Source: Amoebidium appalachense (taxonomy: Eukaryota; Protista; Ichthyosporea). Taken from it: a stretch of 64,000 nt of DNA. The DNA is taken from positions 17,393,615 through 17,457,614 of the forward strand of contig CAVNZM010000002.1 of NCBI GenBank assembly GCA_963693365.1. Direction: 5' to 3'. A program made the translations under genes and the position numbers. How positions within the stretch are numbered: position 1 is the first letter of the stretch; each line of letters opens with the position of its first letter. Below the pieces are notes generated by a model that saw only the letters and a program-made list of their open reading frames with translations, ran no database searches and was not told the DNA's origin. Of this stretch, positions 1 through 29,831 are shown piece after piece.

Positions 1-10
1 ACACACACAG

Positions 11-15968
<15,958 letters not shown>

Positions 15969-16875
15969 GTGCTGTTTGTATCCAAATTTGGCAACTACGT
16001 GGGTTCGTGTATGGTGATAGTTGGTTATTATCAATATGGCAGCAAGTCAGAGACCAATTTTACAGGTGATCTGTAAGATGGCTGAACGTTCAAAGTATGA
16101 TGCCGTATGTGCGCAGGGCAATTTGTAATTGAAGAGAAAGCTACTTGAAGCGGATTTGCAGTAAAAGCCTTAACTATGTACCATGCACATGGGGTGGTGG
16201 GGGAGTGTACGGCTCTGAGGTAGGGAGGAGTTTGGCTTGTACACGGGTAGGTTTGTATCGGTTAAACAAGGAGATGGGCATATTATAGTGAAATCGTATG
16301 ATGCATTTGACACACGAAGGAGGTGTGAGACAGACGTGTGTTGAGTTATTTACAGAATAATTACAAGAGCACACGGAATATGGCCTTGTCCACTCAAAGA
16401 ACAGTGGGCAACCGATGTGTCACTGGCTTGCACTGGGCTTCACATTGAAAGACGCATCGTACAGATGTACATGATGGCATGCAACTTGCACATGTATGGA
16501 TGAGCAAAAGAGAGGGGCAATGTATGTGTGTGTGTGTGTGTGTGTGTGCATTTGGAGGGATTGATGTGCCATGGGCACACACGTATCCGGGCCTTGCTTC
16601 GTACGGTACTTCGTGGTGTGTAAGTTCTAAATTGTGAGGAATGGAGTGAAAGACCAAAGGTTGTAACGCCAAAACACCATGCAGAATTTGTGTTCATTCT
16701 TTTTATTTTAAATATGCACAGCTGGTTTCAAGCTTTGCACATGTAGCGAACTGTGTGTTGGAAATCCTGAGTAGCGCTAGTTATTATTTACACTGTGGAT
16801 CAGATTGAGTAAAGAGCTGAAAGGACAGATTTTCAATAAACAGTACTCTCGGATACGCTAATACACCACGATCTT

Positions 16876-17952
16876 CTACTCTTTGTCCGCAGTGACCGTC
16901 AGGTTTGCGCAAATCTCACTGTCCTGCAGGTTGTAGTCGTTTGCATTTGCGCAGTAGCTCAGGCAGGCCGAGGTGGCAACATCACACAGCGCCGCATTGG
17001 CCTCAGACTGGCACCAATACGACGGGCCCCACGTGCATGCCCGGTTGCCCACCACCACCTCCGATCCACACACGTTGCCCTTGGCCAGCGACGGGTACTC
17101 GTTTGTGTTGTTGCAGTAGGCCTCGCATGCATCCACCGTCATGTTGCATTGCGCCGCATTGGCTGTGGATGCACACCAGAAGGAGGGGCCCCAGGTGCAT
17201 GGGTTGGCCCCCACAGGGTTGCAGATGTCGCTTGCGCTGGCGTTGAAGAAGCTGTCTGTGTTGTTTGCATCGCAATAGACGTAGCAATCGGCCACATTCA
17301 CCCCGCACTGCTCGGCGTTGGCCTTCGACGCACACCAGTAGGACGGACCATGCGTGCAGTTGTCGGTGCCGACGTGGGAGGGCAGGGCGGCACACAGGGT
17401 GCTGTTTTCGAGGCTGGGGTACTCGTTTGTGTTTGCGCAAAACGACAAGCACTCGGCCGGCTGGAACCCGCACTGTGCCGCATTGGCCACCGATGCGCAC
17501 CAAAACGATGGGCCCCACGTGCACTGGTCGGCACCTGCGGGAGGGCTACAGATGTCTCCGTCCTGGATGGACGCATACTCATTTGTGTTTGCACAGTACT
17601 TGCTGCACGACTTGACGGGCACCCCACACTCGCGCGCATTGTCCATAGACGCGCACCAATAGGACGGGCCCTGCGTGCAGTCGTCTGTGCCTACGCGCTT
17701 GTTCGGTATAGCGGCAGAGCAAATTTCGCCGTTCTGGATGTCTGGGTACTCCTCAGGGTTTGCGCAATACTTGGCACAACCAGCAAGAGGGAAGTCGCAG
17801 TTGGCGGCGTTTTTCTTGGAGGCACACCAATAGGAGGGACCGTAGGTGCAGGGGTTGCTGCCGACAACAACTGGCGTGGGATCACTGCGGATGGAAGGGG
17901 CTGCATGCGCAAGGGCAGCAGCAGCAAGGACAGACACGATCACAGTGGCCAT
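16876..17952 (-). CDS. Secreted Cys-rich protein with six saposin A-type (SapA)-like repeats, copy 1, intronless
   Basis: 358-aa ORF with hydrophobic N-terminus MATVIVSVLAAAALAHA. Six repeats GxxxCTxGPS[YF]WCxSxxNAxxC...C...[YF]C...C match the prosaposin SapA motif (C-x-x-GPSYWC...AxxC), 36 Cys in total. Confidence 0.9.
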   Translation of the reverse strand: MATVIVSVLAAAALAHAAPSIRSDPTPVVVGSNPCTYGPSYWCASKKNAANCDFPLAGCAKYCANPEEYPDIQNGEICSAAIPNKRVGTDDCTQGPSYWCASMDNARECGVPVKSCSKYCANTNEYASIQDGDICSPPAGADQCTWGPSFWCASVANAAQCGFQPAECLSFCANTNEYPSLENSTLCAALPSHVGTDNCTHGPSYWCASKANAEQCGVNVADCYVYCDANNTDSFFNASASDICNPVGANPCTWGPSFWCASTANAAQCNMTVDACEAYCNNTNEYPSLAKGNVCGSEVVVGNRACTWGPSYWCQSEANAALCDVATSACLSYCANANDYNLQDSEICANLTVTADKE

Positions 17953-18140
17953 GTTGAAAAGCTTTGAATATTGCTGCCTTTCAAATACAAGCTATAAGAG
18001 ATTGAAAACAATAAGAGTGTAAATTTGGTCGTCGGATAGGCGATTTGATACTGAGAATTTCTTTGTACTTGCACTGTTACAAATTTAGAATTCTAGTTCT
18101 GAGTTGTCGTCTGATTGAAGTGTGCCGCAACATTGACGTG

Positions 18141-18171
18141 TTTATATACCCCATGAAGTCAGCTGATTGGC
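18141..18171 (-). promoter_or_regulatory. Putative CCAAT + TATA promoter of SapA-repeat gene (also at 22611-22640 and 29290-29320)
   Basis: Minus strand reads GCCAATCAG, then about 15 nt later GGTATATAA(A/G)CAC, about 190-200 nt upstream of the ATG. Conserved in all three intact copies. Confidence 0.5.
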
Positions 18172-18949
18172 TTATGTTGTTTGCCTCCCTATCTTTACTG
18201 CCCTATCATTTCAGAGCTTGACGCATTCCTATGTTATTCCACGAATGCGCTGGCAGATCTGCAAGATGACACGATGACATTGTACCAATCCAGAGCGAGA
18301 TTATGTCTACGCCTACAGGCAAGGGACAGACCCACATGCACTGCAGGCAAATACTATGAACTGCAAGTTGATGAATAGAAGATGGAAGATGTAATAGTAA
18401 TAAATATTGGTGTTCCTCCTTCGTGCCGAGCTTCAGTGAACGTCCGAAAACGACCTGGAACCTGAACTCAAAATTTCTTTTCTATTATTAGGGTTGCTGG
18501 GTGCAAACGTGTCAGCCAATCAGATGACAAATTCAGAAAATGGATATCTATTCTACACAGTGCAGGAATGTGGCGTCACAGCAACGGCGTTACGGCGTGC
18601 GGCAGCAGTAGTCACCATCAGACCGTATGTAGCCACCGTGTACACATATATATGCATGTGTCCCGTGGTCCAGAATTAGGACGCAACCTGTAAACGGTTT
18701 ACAAATGATAATAGTCGACTATGATGGTCGGAGGGAGATTCGGGGAGACAGAGGGAGGCAGCCTACTAGGTATAAGATATATACACAATTATTAGACAGA
18801 GGGAAGTACATAGATAGAGATGGGAGGGGGAGAGAGGGCATAGTATTAGACCTAGTAGCTCGACCTCGAGGAGGTGCACGTGAGTGAGGAAGGAAGGCAG
18901 GGAGGAGAGGAAGAGGCCACGAGATCTGACAGTGATCGAGAAGGGGAAG

Positions 18950-20330
<1,381 letters not shown>

Positions 20331-20550
20331 GTCCCGTGTGTGAAGGGGAGAGAGAAAACTGAGAGATCATCAGATAGAGATAGAGAGAGTGGAAATAATT
20401 AAGAACGGGTGGGTGGGAACAAAACAAAACTTCACAGAGAGGCCTGGTAGGACCTATTATCAGGAATATGTTTGCCTCGAGACAAATCATTCAATATTTT
20501 AAATTTGAAAGCTGCTCACTCAGCCCAGCGCTAGCTAGCTGTGACTTTTA

Positions 20551-20592
<42 letters not shown>

Positions 20593-20847
20593 CCCTTCTT
20601 TCGTTTCGGTTCACAGTCCTACAATGGACTCTTTAAGATTTTCTGTGCGGCCAAATTTTCATGAACCCAAACATTTCAAAGTCATACTTCGAGCTTTAGT
20701 GGTTTCTCCACTATTATTATTATTCACGTAATTTTGCATATCCACCTTCGGTGTGGTTACACTGTATTTGATTTGCACATATATAATCACGTGTCGTATT
20801 ATTTTATTGCCCAGGTAAAGAAGAAAAATCGAGAGACCATTACCGTA

Positions 20848-21244
20848 TATTATCAATATAAATGTGGAGCAGAGGCAGGATTCGGTCCTGTGACCTCTGT
20901 AAGAAACAATCACTTCTACATAGCGGAACGAGAGTAGAGGAGAGGTTCGCAGGAAGTGGTTTGAGATCTCGGATCCTCCGGTACCATCTGAGGATGGTCC
21001 GGCTGCTTTATATACCTGCGCGGATGCCAGTCCGCGAATACATCGTCCAAGAGGATTACAGATAGTCTCTCAGGATAGATCGGGATTATGTACTAGCCAA
21101 TAGGAAGGCAGTAATGGCTCTTGGCGTATTGCACAGTATGCGGCCCCAAGCAGTCCCCAAGTGCGGGGGCGGGATAGGCGGGAACAGGCTAAGTACGTGA
21201 CTGGGAAGAGCAGGAATAAACAGATAGACTATTCTATCATAACA
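20848..21244 (-). mobile_element. Solo-LTR-like insertion (~400 bp)
   Basis: Absent from paralogous flanks (27910-27930, 31920-31950). Minus strand starts TGTTATG and ends ATAATA (one change from ATAACA). Contains a GC box, CCAAT and GGTATATAAAGC. The TSD is not clean. Confidence 0.5.
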
Positions 21245-21333
21245 TATATACACATTGGAAAAACGTTTAATCAGACACTAACATTTTGGCGTTTGAAATT
21301 TAGGAAAATTCGTTTCACTGGCATCACAATCTT

Positions 21334-22410
21334 CTACTCCTTGTCTGCAGTGACCGTCAGGTTTGCGCAAATCTCACTGTCCTGCAGGTTGTAGTCGTTT
21401 GCATTTGCGCAGTAGCTCAGGCAGGCCGAGGTGTCAACATCACACAGCGCCGCATTAGCCTCAGACTGGCACCAATACGACGGGCCCCACGTGCATGCCC
21501 GGTTGCCCACCACCACCTCCGACCCACACACGTTGCCCTTGGCCAGGGCCGGATACTCGTTTGTGTTGTTGCAGTAGGCCTCGCAGGCATCCACCGTCAT
21601 GTTGCATTGCGCTGCATTGGCTGTGGATGCACACCAGAAGGAGGGGCCCCAGGTGCATGGGTTGGCACCCACGGGGTTGCAGATGTCGCTTGCGCTGGCG
21701 TTGAAGAAGCTGTCTGTGTTGTTTGCATCGCAATAGACGTAGCAGTCGGCCACACTCACCCCGCACTGCTCGGCGTTGGCCTTTGACGCACACCAGTAGG
21801 ACGGCCCATGCGTGCAGTTGTCGGTGCCGACGGGGGAGGGCAGGGCGGCACACAGGGTGCTGTTTTCGAGGCTGGGGTACTCGTTTGTGTTTGCGCAAAA
21901 CGACAAGCACTCGGCCGGCTGGAACCCGCACTGTGCCGCATTGGCCACGGACGCGCACCAAAACGATGGGCCCCACGTGCATTGGTCGGCACCTGCGGGA
22001 GGGCTGCAGATGTCTCCGTCCTGGATGGACGCATACTCATTTGTGTTTGCACAGTACTTGCTGCACGACTTGACGGGCACCCCACACTCGCGCGCATTGT
22101 CCATAGACGCGCACCAATAGGACGGGCCCTGCGTGCAGTCGTCTGTGCCTACGCGCTTGTTCGGTATAGCGGCAGAGCAAATGTCGCCGTTCTGGATGTC
22201 TGGGTACTCCTCAGGGTTTGCGCAATACTTGGCACAACCAGCAAGAGGGAAGTCGCAGCTGGCGGCGTTTTTCTTGGAGGCACACCAATAGGAGGGACCG
22301 TAGGTGCAGGGGTTGCTGCCGACAACAACTGGCGTGGGATCACTGCGGATGGAAGGGGCTGCATGCGCAAGGGCAGCAGCAGCAAGGACAGACACGATCA
22401 CAGTGGCCAT
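21334..22410 (-). CDS. SapA-like six-repeat secreted protein, copy 2, intronless
   Basis: 358-aa ORF differing from copy 1 by only a few substitutions. Confidence 0.9.
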   Translation of the reverse strand: MATVIVSVLAAAALAHAAPSIRSDPTPVVVGSNPCTYGPSYWCASKKNAASCDFPLAGCAKYCANPEEYPDIQNGDICSAAIPNKRVGTDDCTQGPSYWCASMDNARECGVPVKSCSKYCANTNEYASIQDGDICSPPAGADQCTWGPSFWCASVANAAQCGFQPAECLSFCANTNEYPSLENSTLCAALPSPVGTDNCTHGPSYWCASKANAEQCGVSVADCYVYCDANNTDSFFNASASDICNPVGANPCTWGPSFWCASTANAAQCNMTVDACEAYCNNTNEYPALAKGNVCGSEVVVGNRACTWGPSYWCQSEANAALCDVDTSACLSYCANANDYNLQDSEICANLTVTADKE

Positions 22411-23651
22411 GTTGAAAAGCTTTGAATATTGCTGCCCTACAAATACAAGCTACACGCAATTGAAATCAATAAGAGTGTATAAGAAATGTTGGTCGTCGGA
22501 CTCGGATAGGCGAATTGATACTGAGAATTTCTTTGTAGTTGCACTGTTACAAGTTTAGAAGATGAGTTCTGAGTTGTGGTCTGCCTGAAGTGTGCCGCAA
22601 CATTGACGTGCTTATATACCACATGAAGTCATCTGATTGGCTTATGTTGTTTGCTTGTCTATTTTTACTGTCCAAGCATTTGAAAGTACGGCACATTCCG
22701 AAGTGATCTAAATGTGCTGGCAGATCTGCGAGATGACATGATGACATTGTACCAATCAAGGACGACATTGTGTCTATTGTTTGCCTACAGGCGCAGCAAT
22801 GGAGTCATGGTCTGACCCACATGCACTGCAGGCAAATACTATGCACGGTAAGTCGATAAGTAGAAAAGTAAAGAGTTGGGAGTAATAAATATTGGTTTGT
22901 TTTCCCCATGCCAAGCTTTAGTGAACGTTCGAAGCTTGACCCGGAACAGTGGCTCCAAATTCAAAACTTTCTTCTATTTTTAGGCACTGCAAACGTGTCA
23001 GCCAATCAAATGGCCAAAGGATATCAGCGCAGGAATGTGGCGTCCCGCAACGGGGTGCGTCCGACTGCGTCGGCTAGCCAGGCTGCCAAGAGCAGCCCAG
23101 GGTGTGAGATTCGTGTTTTGCTGGTACGCCTGAATGGCTCGCGGGGGCGGCTTTCCTAACCCCAAAAAATGTGAAAACATTTTCGAAATTTCAAGGACAA
23201 GTTCGTGGCCACAAACTCCCTAATCTCGCAGCCTGCAGCAGCATCAATGAAGTCCGGATTCAGTTGTCCAGATATACATACAGGATCAATGGCCATATGT
23301 AGAAGCGTGAACCCGCGGGTTTGCAAATGATAATAATAATTGAATATATGACCACGGTCGGAGTGAGATAAGGGGAAACAGAGGGAGACATGCAGCCTTT
23401 TTGATTTACATTTAGACAGAGAGAGAGACAGAGATGAAAGTTCTAGAGAGAGGGAGTAGGCCTAGCTCGACCTCGAGGAGGTGCCCATGAGTGAGGAAGG
23501 CAAGGAGGAGGCCTAGGGAAGCGGCCACGAGAACTGACACTTATGGAGAAGGGGTACATAGGGGGGGGGGGGGGGGGGGGGGGGGGAGGGAAGGAGAAGA
23601 GAAAGGGAGAGAAGGAAAGAGAGAAAAAGAGAGAGATCTATAAAGAGACTT

Positions 23652-23682
<31 letters not shown>

Positions 23683-23948
23683 AGGGGAGAGAGGGAGGGG
23701 GGGGAGAGAGAGATAGAGAGAGGGAGGGAGGGAGGGAGGGAGAGAGAGGGAGAGAGAGGGAGGGCCAGGAGGAATAGTAGAGAGAGAGGGGGGTAGGAGG
23801 GAGGGAGGGAGGGAGGGAGGGAGGGAGGGAGAGAGAGAGAGAGAGATTGAGGTGGAGAGAGAGAGAGAGATAGATTGAGGGGCGGGGGATAGAGAGGGGG
23901 GGAGGGGGGAGGGGGCGAGTGACCCAGGGAGGGAGGGAGGGAGGAAGG

Positions 23949-24005
<57 letters not shown>

Positions 24006-24163
24006 AGAGAGAGAGAGGGAAAGAGTGAGAAGAGAGAGAGATAGATAGATAGAGAGAGAGAGGGGGGGGGGGGGGGGGGGGGAGGAGGGGAGAGAGAGAG
24101 AGAGAGAGAGACAGAGAGAGAGGGGGGAGGGAGGGAGGGGAGAGAGAGAGAGGGGGGGGGGGG

Positions 24164-24255
<92 letters not shown>

Positions 24256-24617
24256 GAGAGAGAGGTGACTACTAAGAGACCAATAGATAGATAAAGAGAG
24301 AGCGAGGGTAACCACGAAGGTGGGGTGGGGACGAGAATGAAAGACAGAGAGAGTAACTCGTAGGTGTACACACATAATTAACGCTTTAATATCAGCATTA
24401 TTATCAGGAGGAGTGTTTTTGCCTCGAGGCCAAACAAAATTTGAAAGCTCATCCTGACGCTAGCTGTGAGCGTCTTCAGATACTCTGTGTACATATGCTA
24501 TACTATTAGCATACACGGAATGGCTGCGCCTGGTGTGAGCTGAGTGAGGACTGCATTTCCAGTTTGTTCATCTACGGGGGCAGATTTGAATTAGCGGAGT
24601 AAGAATGATTAATATAT

Positions 24618-25051
24618 CGTGAGACAGGTTAGTTTTATCCTACTGATGATGTCATTGTTGCAATAGTAATTCAACTCAGTACGAGAGGAACCGTTGGTTC
24701 AGATAGCTGGTAATTGCGGTTGTCTGAAAAGTCAATGCCGCGAAGCTACCATCTGCAGGATTATGACTGAACGCCTCTAAGTCAGAATCCATGCTAGAAG
24801 CAAAGATTTTTACCTTTCCCTTTATTAGACGAACAAGAATAGGAGGAAAGTTCTCCCAAAGTCATGCGATTCCAGGATGTCCGGTGCACAGAAAAGCTGC
24901 ATTGTACGCCTGCAGAATAATAATTTCAAATATTGAGAAAGATAAATCCTTTGCATACGACCTAAATTAGAACGGGGTATTGTAAGCTGTAGAGTAGCCT
25001 TGTTGCAGTAGTACGATCAGCTGAGATTAAGCCTTTGTTCTCTTGATTTGT
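24618..25051 (+). rRNA. Retroposed 3'-terminal fragment of 28S/25S LSU rRNA (non-functional)
   Basis: Conserved LSU motifs CGTGAGACAGGTTAGTTTTA, CAGTACGAGAGGAACC, CTGAACGCCTCTAAGTCAGAATCC and AGAGTAGCCTTGTTG. Ends GATTAAGCCTTTGTTCTCTTGATTTGT, corresponding to the mature 25S 3' terminus (...GATTTGT). Confidence 0.93.
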
Positions 25052-26744
25052 ACCCGATCTCAGTCTATTATGTTAAGCTCTCTCGTTTCTTGGTGTGTTA
25101 AATGTGGACATGTCCCGTCATCTTGGTTAGATACCTTAGTGATCCCCATAGTTAAGAAGGACTCTGAGGGCCCCATATCATCTTTTCGCCTCATCACTAA
25201 TTATAACCCAGGTTGTTCGTAGATTCTTTGAAGCTTGCTTACTTAGGTTATTTGCACATCACCCTAGGTTTCAATCTATTCTTCACATCCACCCATGCCA
25301 ATCCGCTTTTCGTAAAAACAATTCATGTTATGTTCAAATGATAGCACTGCACGATTCTATGCAAGTTGGTGCACGATATGTTGGTTTTATTGATTGGAAA
25401 ACTGCTTACGATTCTGTCTCCCCTGGTCTCCTATAGGAAAAGCGTGCTGCACGGGGTGTACCACACTGCATTGGTGTTTTGTTAGAAGCACTCTTGTCTC
25501 AAACCTATGGTAGAGCTGTGGTTAATGGGCACCTTTCATATGGTTTTGCTCGTACTAGAGGTCTCTTGCAGGGTTCATTGCTTAGCCCCTTTTTGTTTAA
25601 CCTATTTATAGATGATTTGGCTGTCAAGAGTTATGCCGAAAATGCCGACCCTATTAATAACTTTCCGCCTGCACTTCTCTATGCTGATGATCTGTCCCTC
25701 CTTGCCTGTACCCCTAGACGCCTGCAAAGATTGTTCGATGTAGTGTCAGAGTGGTGCAAGGCAAACCTTATGATCCTTAACATAGACAAATCTGGTGTTC
25801 TTGTACGTGATATAGCTAACAATTTACACACATTTACGTTATCATCTAAACCTGTACCTATAGTTCCAGAATACAAATATCTTGGTGTTCCGGTTAATTC
25901 TGTTGGTGTTATTTTTTCCCATATGGTCGAAAAGAGGGTAGAGCTGGCTCGTAAGCGGTTAGCTTTCTTCTCGGCTAATATTTTTAAAGACACACCCCTC
26001 CATCCTTCTATTAGACTTACATTTATTCGCACTTTTGTCTTCCCGGCATGTGAATATGGTTTACCCCTTCTCGCCGCTTGGATCAAGAAAGAGAGAACTA
26101 GGGCGCTTAAACCTTTGGCAAATTTCCTTGAAGCAGAAGTTGTCTCCTTTCTATCTAACAACTGTTGTAAACCTGGGCCTGTAACGCTCTCGATATATGG
26201 TCTGGTCCCAATATTGCAAGCTGCTAGAGTATCCCATCTCGCGCTGAAATTCAATAAACACATAAGCCGCTTAAAGAAGTATTTGCCCTCCCACCCTCTC
26301 TTCTCTATCCGACCTGTCCCCTCTTCACCTCTCCCCTCTTTCCTTCCCTCTCTCTCTCCTTTTCCCCCGGGCACAAATACAAATAAACCCCGCAAAAGTG
26401 TGCGTGTGACTTTGGACTGCGACTTACTTATTAGACATGTACACAATTACAAGATAATTACGCAATATAACAAATGGAAAAAGATACCACACGACACCAG
26501 ACCCGATGAAAGCGGCATACACCTAGAAAAACTAAGCCATATGTCTCGTTTTATATATAATGACTGCCTTAACCATATTTCCGAATATGGCACTCGCAAA
26601 TGTGTAACACCTAAATACATATTACCTTCCTGTAGAATTGGTCTTTCTCTAGCTGATGGTATTATTGATCACATACCACGCTTTTACTGTACACGTGCTA
26701 TACAGTGGAGATCTAATAAGTATAAGGTGGCATCGTTTGCATAA
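25052..26744 (+). pseudogene. 5'-truncated non-LTR retrotransposon reverse transcriptase (disrupted)
   Basis: GHVPSSWLDTLVIPIVKK...SFRLI, frameshift near 25197, HPCQSAFRK, FIDWKTAYDSV, stop at 25434-25436, then GLLQGSLLSPFLFNLFIDDL, LLYADD and YKYLGV in ORF 25479-26744. Confidence 0.92.
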
Positions 26745-26979
26745 ACAACACACACACACACACCAGTTTAAACGGTCATGTATCGCCAAATGTAGTTTGA
26801 TAGACCACATAATACCGCAACACACACACGCCGTGGCACATTCACAACAGACACCCAGAAAGATAGCCTACCTAAAAATTACAACATCCTTGATTTTAAA
26901 TTATACTAAATATGCGAAACTTCGACCTGTTTATTAGAGGTATTGATTGGCTTGAGAAACACATCATTACAAAATTCTA

Positions 26980-27074
<95 letters not shown>

Positions 27075-27487
27075 CCAGCTGATACCGAGTGTCCCAGGGG
27101 AGCCCGAAAAAAAAACAAAAAAAAAACAAAACAACGGGGAACCCCAACTAATTGATTTTTCTTAGTCTTTATGGTGTCTAGAGAAAGTAAACCCTGATAT
27201 ATAATCATCACCCGACAGCTATGTACGTGATCATGATATACCGCTGAGGGGATATTCCGAGCAAAACCCCCCCATACCTGAGACTGGTCTCTCTTTGCCT
27301 CGAGCAAACAGCGTAAACCCCCCATTAATATATGCGACCATTTTTGTTCTATTTGCACCGGGCTTTTTTTGGTGTGTTTTCCCATTGCCGGCAGTACATC
27401 CCCCCCCCCCCCCCCCCCCCCCCCCGGTACCTTTAATAAATCCTGGTCATGATCATTCTAAGATTTATCTCCATTCATCCCCCCCCC

Positions 27488-27518
<31 letters not shown>

Positions 27519-28012
27519 CATCCACTACCCTTTCCATCTCCTTTTTCATACTATCAAACGTCATCTTTCGTCGCACCATGGCAGCCAGTTACTGCAGGCC
27601 CCTACCCCCCCCCCCCCCTCCCCCCCCCCCCCCCCCCCCCCCCCCCACCCAAACACACATACCTCCACCCCCACCCTTCTTTCCTTTCGATGATCACTCC
27701 TTGAATGGCTTCTTTAATACTAAGGGATTTCTGCCTCACCAAATCTTCATCGGCCCAAGCATTTCGCGTTTGAGTGGTTTCCCCACCATTTAATGTTTTG
27801 TTTGTGTTTGCCCTGCGTACACAAGGCATCACCTTTGATATGGGTATACTACTTTGCACATTTTACGTGTCATATTACTATATTGCCCAGGTAAAGTAGG
27901 AAGATCGAGAGACCGTATATACATATTGGCATATGTAACGTTTCAATCATGATCAGACATTCCAACCGTTTGGCATTTTAGGGATATTCAGTTTAAATAG
28001 CATCACAATCTT

Positions 28013-29089
28013 CTACTCTTTGCCCGCAGTGACCGTCAGGTTTGCGCACATCTCACTGTCCTGCAGGTTGTAGTCGTTTGCATTTGCGCAGTAGCTCAGG
28101 CAGGCCGAGGTGTCGACATCACACAGCGCCGCATTGGCCTCAGACTGGCACCAATACGACGGGCCCCACGTGCATGCCCGGTTGCCCACCACCACCTCCG
28201 ACCCACACACGTTGCCCTTGGCCAGGGCCGGATACTCGTTTGTGTTGTTGCAGTAGGCCTCGCAGGCATCCACCGTCATGTTGCATTGCGCTGCATTGGC
28301 TGTGGATGCACACCAGAAGGAGGGGCCCCAGGTGCATGGGTTGGCACCCACGGGGTTGCAGATGTCGCTTGCGCTGGCGTTGAAGAAGCTGTCTGTGTTG
28401 TTTGCATCGCAATAGACGTAGCAGTCGGCCACACTCACCCCGCACTGCTCGGCGTTGGCCTTTGACGCACACCAGTAGGACGGCCCATGCGTGCAGTTGT
28501 CGGTGCCGACGGGGGAGGGCAGGGCGGCACACAGGGTGCTGTTTTCGAGGCTGGGGTACTCGTTTGTGTTTGCGCAAAACGACAAGCACTCGGCCGGCTG
28601 GAACCCGCACTGTGCCGCATTGGCCACGGACGCGCACCAAAACGATGGGCCCCACGTGCATTGGTCGGCACCTGCGGGAGGGCTGCAGATGTCTCCGTCC
28701 TGGATGGACGCATACTCATTTGTGTTTGCACAGTACTTGCTGCACGACTTGACGGGCACCCCACACTCGCGCGCATTGTCCATAGACGCGCACCAATAGG
28801 ACGGGCCCTGCGTGCAGTCGTCTGTGCCTACGCGCTTGTTCGGTATAGCGGCAGAGCAAATGTCGCCGTTCTGGATGTCTGGGTACTCCTCAGGGTTTGC
28901 GCAATACTTGGCACAACCAGCAAGAGGGAAGTCGCAGCTGGCGGCGTTTTTCTTGGAGGCACACCAATAGGAGGGACCGTAGGTGCAGGGGTTGCTGCCG
29001 ACAACAACTGGCGTGGGATCACTGCGGATGGAAGGGGCTGCATGCGCAAGGGCAGCAGCAGCAAGGACAGACACGATCACAGTGGCCAT
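28013..29089 (-). CDS. SapA-like six-repeat secreted protein, copy 3, intronless
   Basis: 358-aa ORF identical to copy 2 except for two C-terminal residues. Confidence 0.9.
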   Translation of the reverse strand: MATVIVSVLAAAALAHAAPSIRSDPTPVVVGSNPCTYGPSYWCASKKNAASCDFPLAGCAKYCANPEEYPDIQNGDICSAAIPNKRVGTDDCTQGPSYWCASMDNARECGVPVKSCSKYCANTNEYASIQDGDICSPPAGADQCTWGPSFWCASVANAAQCGFQPAECLSFCANTNEYPSLENSTLCAALPSPVGTDNCTHGPSYWCASKANAEQCGVSVADCYVYCDANNTDSFFNASASDICNPVGANPCTWGPSFWCASTANAAQCNMTVDACEAYCNNTNEYPALAKGNVCGSEVVVGNRACTWGPSYWCQSEANAALCDVDTSACLSYCANANDYNLQDSEMCANLTVTAGKE

Positions 29090-29831
29090 GTTGAAAAGCT
29101 TTGAATATTGCTGCCCTACAAATACAAGCTACACGCAATTGAAATCAATAAGAGTGTATAAGAAATGTTGGTCGTCGGACTCGGATAGGCGAATTGATAC
29201 TGAGAATTTCTTTGTAGTTGCACTGTTACAAGTTTAGAAGATGAGTTCTGAGTTGTGGTCTGCCTGAAGTGTGCCGCAACATTGACGTGCTTATATACCA
29301 CATGAAGTCATCTGATTGGCTTATGTTGTTTGCTTGTCTATTTTTACTGTCCAAGCATTTAAAAGTACGGCACATTCCGAAGTGATTTGAATGTGCTGGC
29401 AGATCTGCGAGATGACATGATGACATGGTACCAATCAAGGACGACATTGTGTCTGTTGTTTGCCTACAGGCGCAGCAATGGAGTCATGGTCTGACCCACA
29501 TGCACTGCAGGCAAATACTATACACGGTAAGTCGATAAGTAGAAAATTAAAGAGTTGGGAGTAATAAGTATTGGTTTGTTTTCCTCATGCCAAGCTTTAG
29601 TGAACGTTCCGGCAGCTTGACCTGAAACAGTGGCTCCACAAAACTCTCTTCTATTTTTAGGCACTGCAAACGTGTCAGCCAATCAAATGGCCAAAGGATA
29701 TCAGCGCAGGAATGTGGCGTCCCGCAACGGCGTGCGGCACATCCGACTGCGTCGGCTAGGCTAGGAGCAGCCCAGGGTGTGAAATTCGTGTTTGGCTGGT
29801 ACGCCTGGATGGCTCGCGGGGGCGGCTTTCC

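Larger units (their letters stand above)
24618..27323 (+). mobile_element. Chimeric retro-insertion (28S rRNA 3' end + LINE 3' part) with 10-bp target-site duplication
   Basis: ATTAATATAT at 24608-24617 and 27324-27333. The paralogous spacer at about 31310-31360 joins the two flanks without the insert. Confidence 0.85.

Noticed and set aside
24618-25051. Functional rDNA locus or R2-type site-specific insertion
   Set aside because: Only the last 434 nt of the LSU is present, inside a TSD-bounded insert, with no downstream rDNA. The junction is not at the internal R1/R2 target region.
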